Shown here: positions 63,298-64,000 of the stretch, one piece after another | Layout of the letters: each line of letters starts with the position of its first letter | Numbering within the stretch: position 1 is the stretch's first letter | Source of the DNA: a virus | DNA: 64,000 nt | Reading direction: 5' to 3' (one strand) | Virus record (IMG/VR): IMGVR_UViG_3300042519_001676 | Coordinates: 20,295 to 84,294 of that record | The notes under the pieces: generated by a model | What the model was told of the DNA's origin: nothing | Database searches by the model: none | The model's input: the letters and a program-made list of their open reading frames with translations, nothing else | Made by a program: the position numbers and the translations under genes

Positions 63298-63393
63298 GCT
63301 TGCTCCCTATACCCCGTGTTTCACGGTTAACCACCTTTCATTGCGGGTTTACCACAGTATAATCTGCCGAAACATCCGGCATCGTTATATTTA
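63298..63393 (-). promoter_or_regulatory. TAAATA promoter plus structured 5' leader of about 85 nt
   Basis: TAAATA 63388-63393; stems TGCCG/CGGCA, TATAC/GTATA, GTGG/CCGC, CCGTG/CACGG before the SD. Confidence 0.55.
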
Positions 63394-63424
63394 TCGGGAA
63401 AGAGATTTTTGGGTTACTTAGGTG

Positions 63425-64000
63425 TTAACCTGGAGGATAAAATCCATCAAGCCCTAGCATTACCACAACAGGTTTAGCTGGCACCGCACCTGTAAATTGT
63501 ACATAGGTACCAGTATTAAAATTAAAAGTAAGAGTCGTGCCTATTGATACAGGTGCAGTAACTGGTTCACTTAGTTCAACATTTGTTGTGCCAGTAATTG
63601 TTCCAACTACGGTGGTTGATGAACTAATTCCAGCAGCACCAGTTATTGTCTGGCCTGGTTGTACATTTTGTACAGTATTAAGATACAGTATAAAAGAAGA
63701 TGCACTAGTAGTTGCAGTTGTAGTTGATGTTACTGCACTAGGATCAACTGTTAAATCGTAGTTAGTAAACGGAATTTGAAAAACGTTATCAACGTATACT
63801 TGAATATTAGCAGCACCGCCTAGTGTAGATGCTGAATAAGAAGGCGAATAAGTTGAGTTTAGTGGTCCAAAGATATTGCTATAATAGTTTCCGCTGCCTA
63901 AATTTTGTACTGTAATTCTTGCAGGGCGAACTGTTCTGACTCTTTCCCAACCAGTTCTAACTCTAGTTTCTAAATCAAATAATTGAGTGTTATGTCGTAT
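63425..64000 (-). CDS. Virion structural protein, C-terminal part (partial, runs off right edge)
   Basis: Own translation ...GWERVRTVRP..NIQVYVDNVFQIPFTNY..KPVVVMLGLDGFYPPG*; not in ORF track. Confidence 0.7.
   Translation of the reverse strand: MRHNTQLFDLETRVRTGWERVRTVRPARITVQNLGSGNYYSNIFGPLNSTYSPSYSASTLGGAANIQVYVDNVFQIPFTNYDLTVDPSAVTSTTTATTSASSFILYLNTVQNVQPGQTITGAAGISSSTTVVGTITGTTNVELSEPVTAPVSIGTTLTFNFNTGTYVQFTGAVPAKPVVVMLGLDGFYPPG

Noticed and set aside
63298-63393. Assignment of the leader to c-di-GMP riboswitch, hammerhead or tRNA
   Set aside because: Diagnostic consensus elements (GEMM stems, CUGAUGA core, T-loop GTTC) not found by eye; left as an unclassified structure
37526-63761. 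Many plus-strand ORFs of 60-170 aa opposite the giant genes
   Set aside because: Antisense shadows of biased codon usage in Thr/Gly/Val-rich genes
1-64000. Stop-codon reassignment as in some jumbo phages
   Set aside because: Standard code gives full-length, tightly packed genes, including ORFs over 2000 aa

Overview
A 64-kb segment of a large (probably jumbo) T4-related myovirus genome, AT-rich, standard genetic code, mostly minus strand. From left to right: a replication/recombination block (primase-like N-terminus, a 192-aa mini DnaE-type polymerase core, gp62-like clamp-loader subunit, UvsW, UvsY, UvsX/RecA, gp32 SSB), an FkbM methyltransferase, a packaging/head block (large and probable small terminase, gp4-like head completion nuclease, probable internal head proteins), tail genes (gp48/54-like, gp19 tube, enlarged gp18 sheath, gp13/14/15-like neck), dNMP kinase, Nudix and 2OG-Fe(II) enzymes, and about 34 kb of giant fibre/appendage genes. 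The main observation is that two giant paralogous proteins (49002-56315 and 56734-63297) carry 18 helical repeats with a K-C-x-R-D-x-G-[YL] core. By eye this core matches the bilin-attachment helix of phycobiliproteins (phycocyanin alpha KCARDIGYY), which suggests virion appendages built from tandem phycobiliprotein-like domains. Other points: an unannotated 48-aa, 10-Cys metallothionein-like ORF, many TAAATA late promoters 5-7 nt before ATG (probable leaderless mRNAs), a structured 5' leader before the 2187-aa gene, and a modular collagen-like fibre with six repeated junction motifs. All assignments are from motif recognition by eye; no searches were run.
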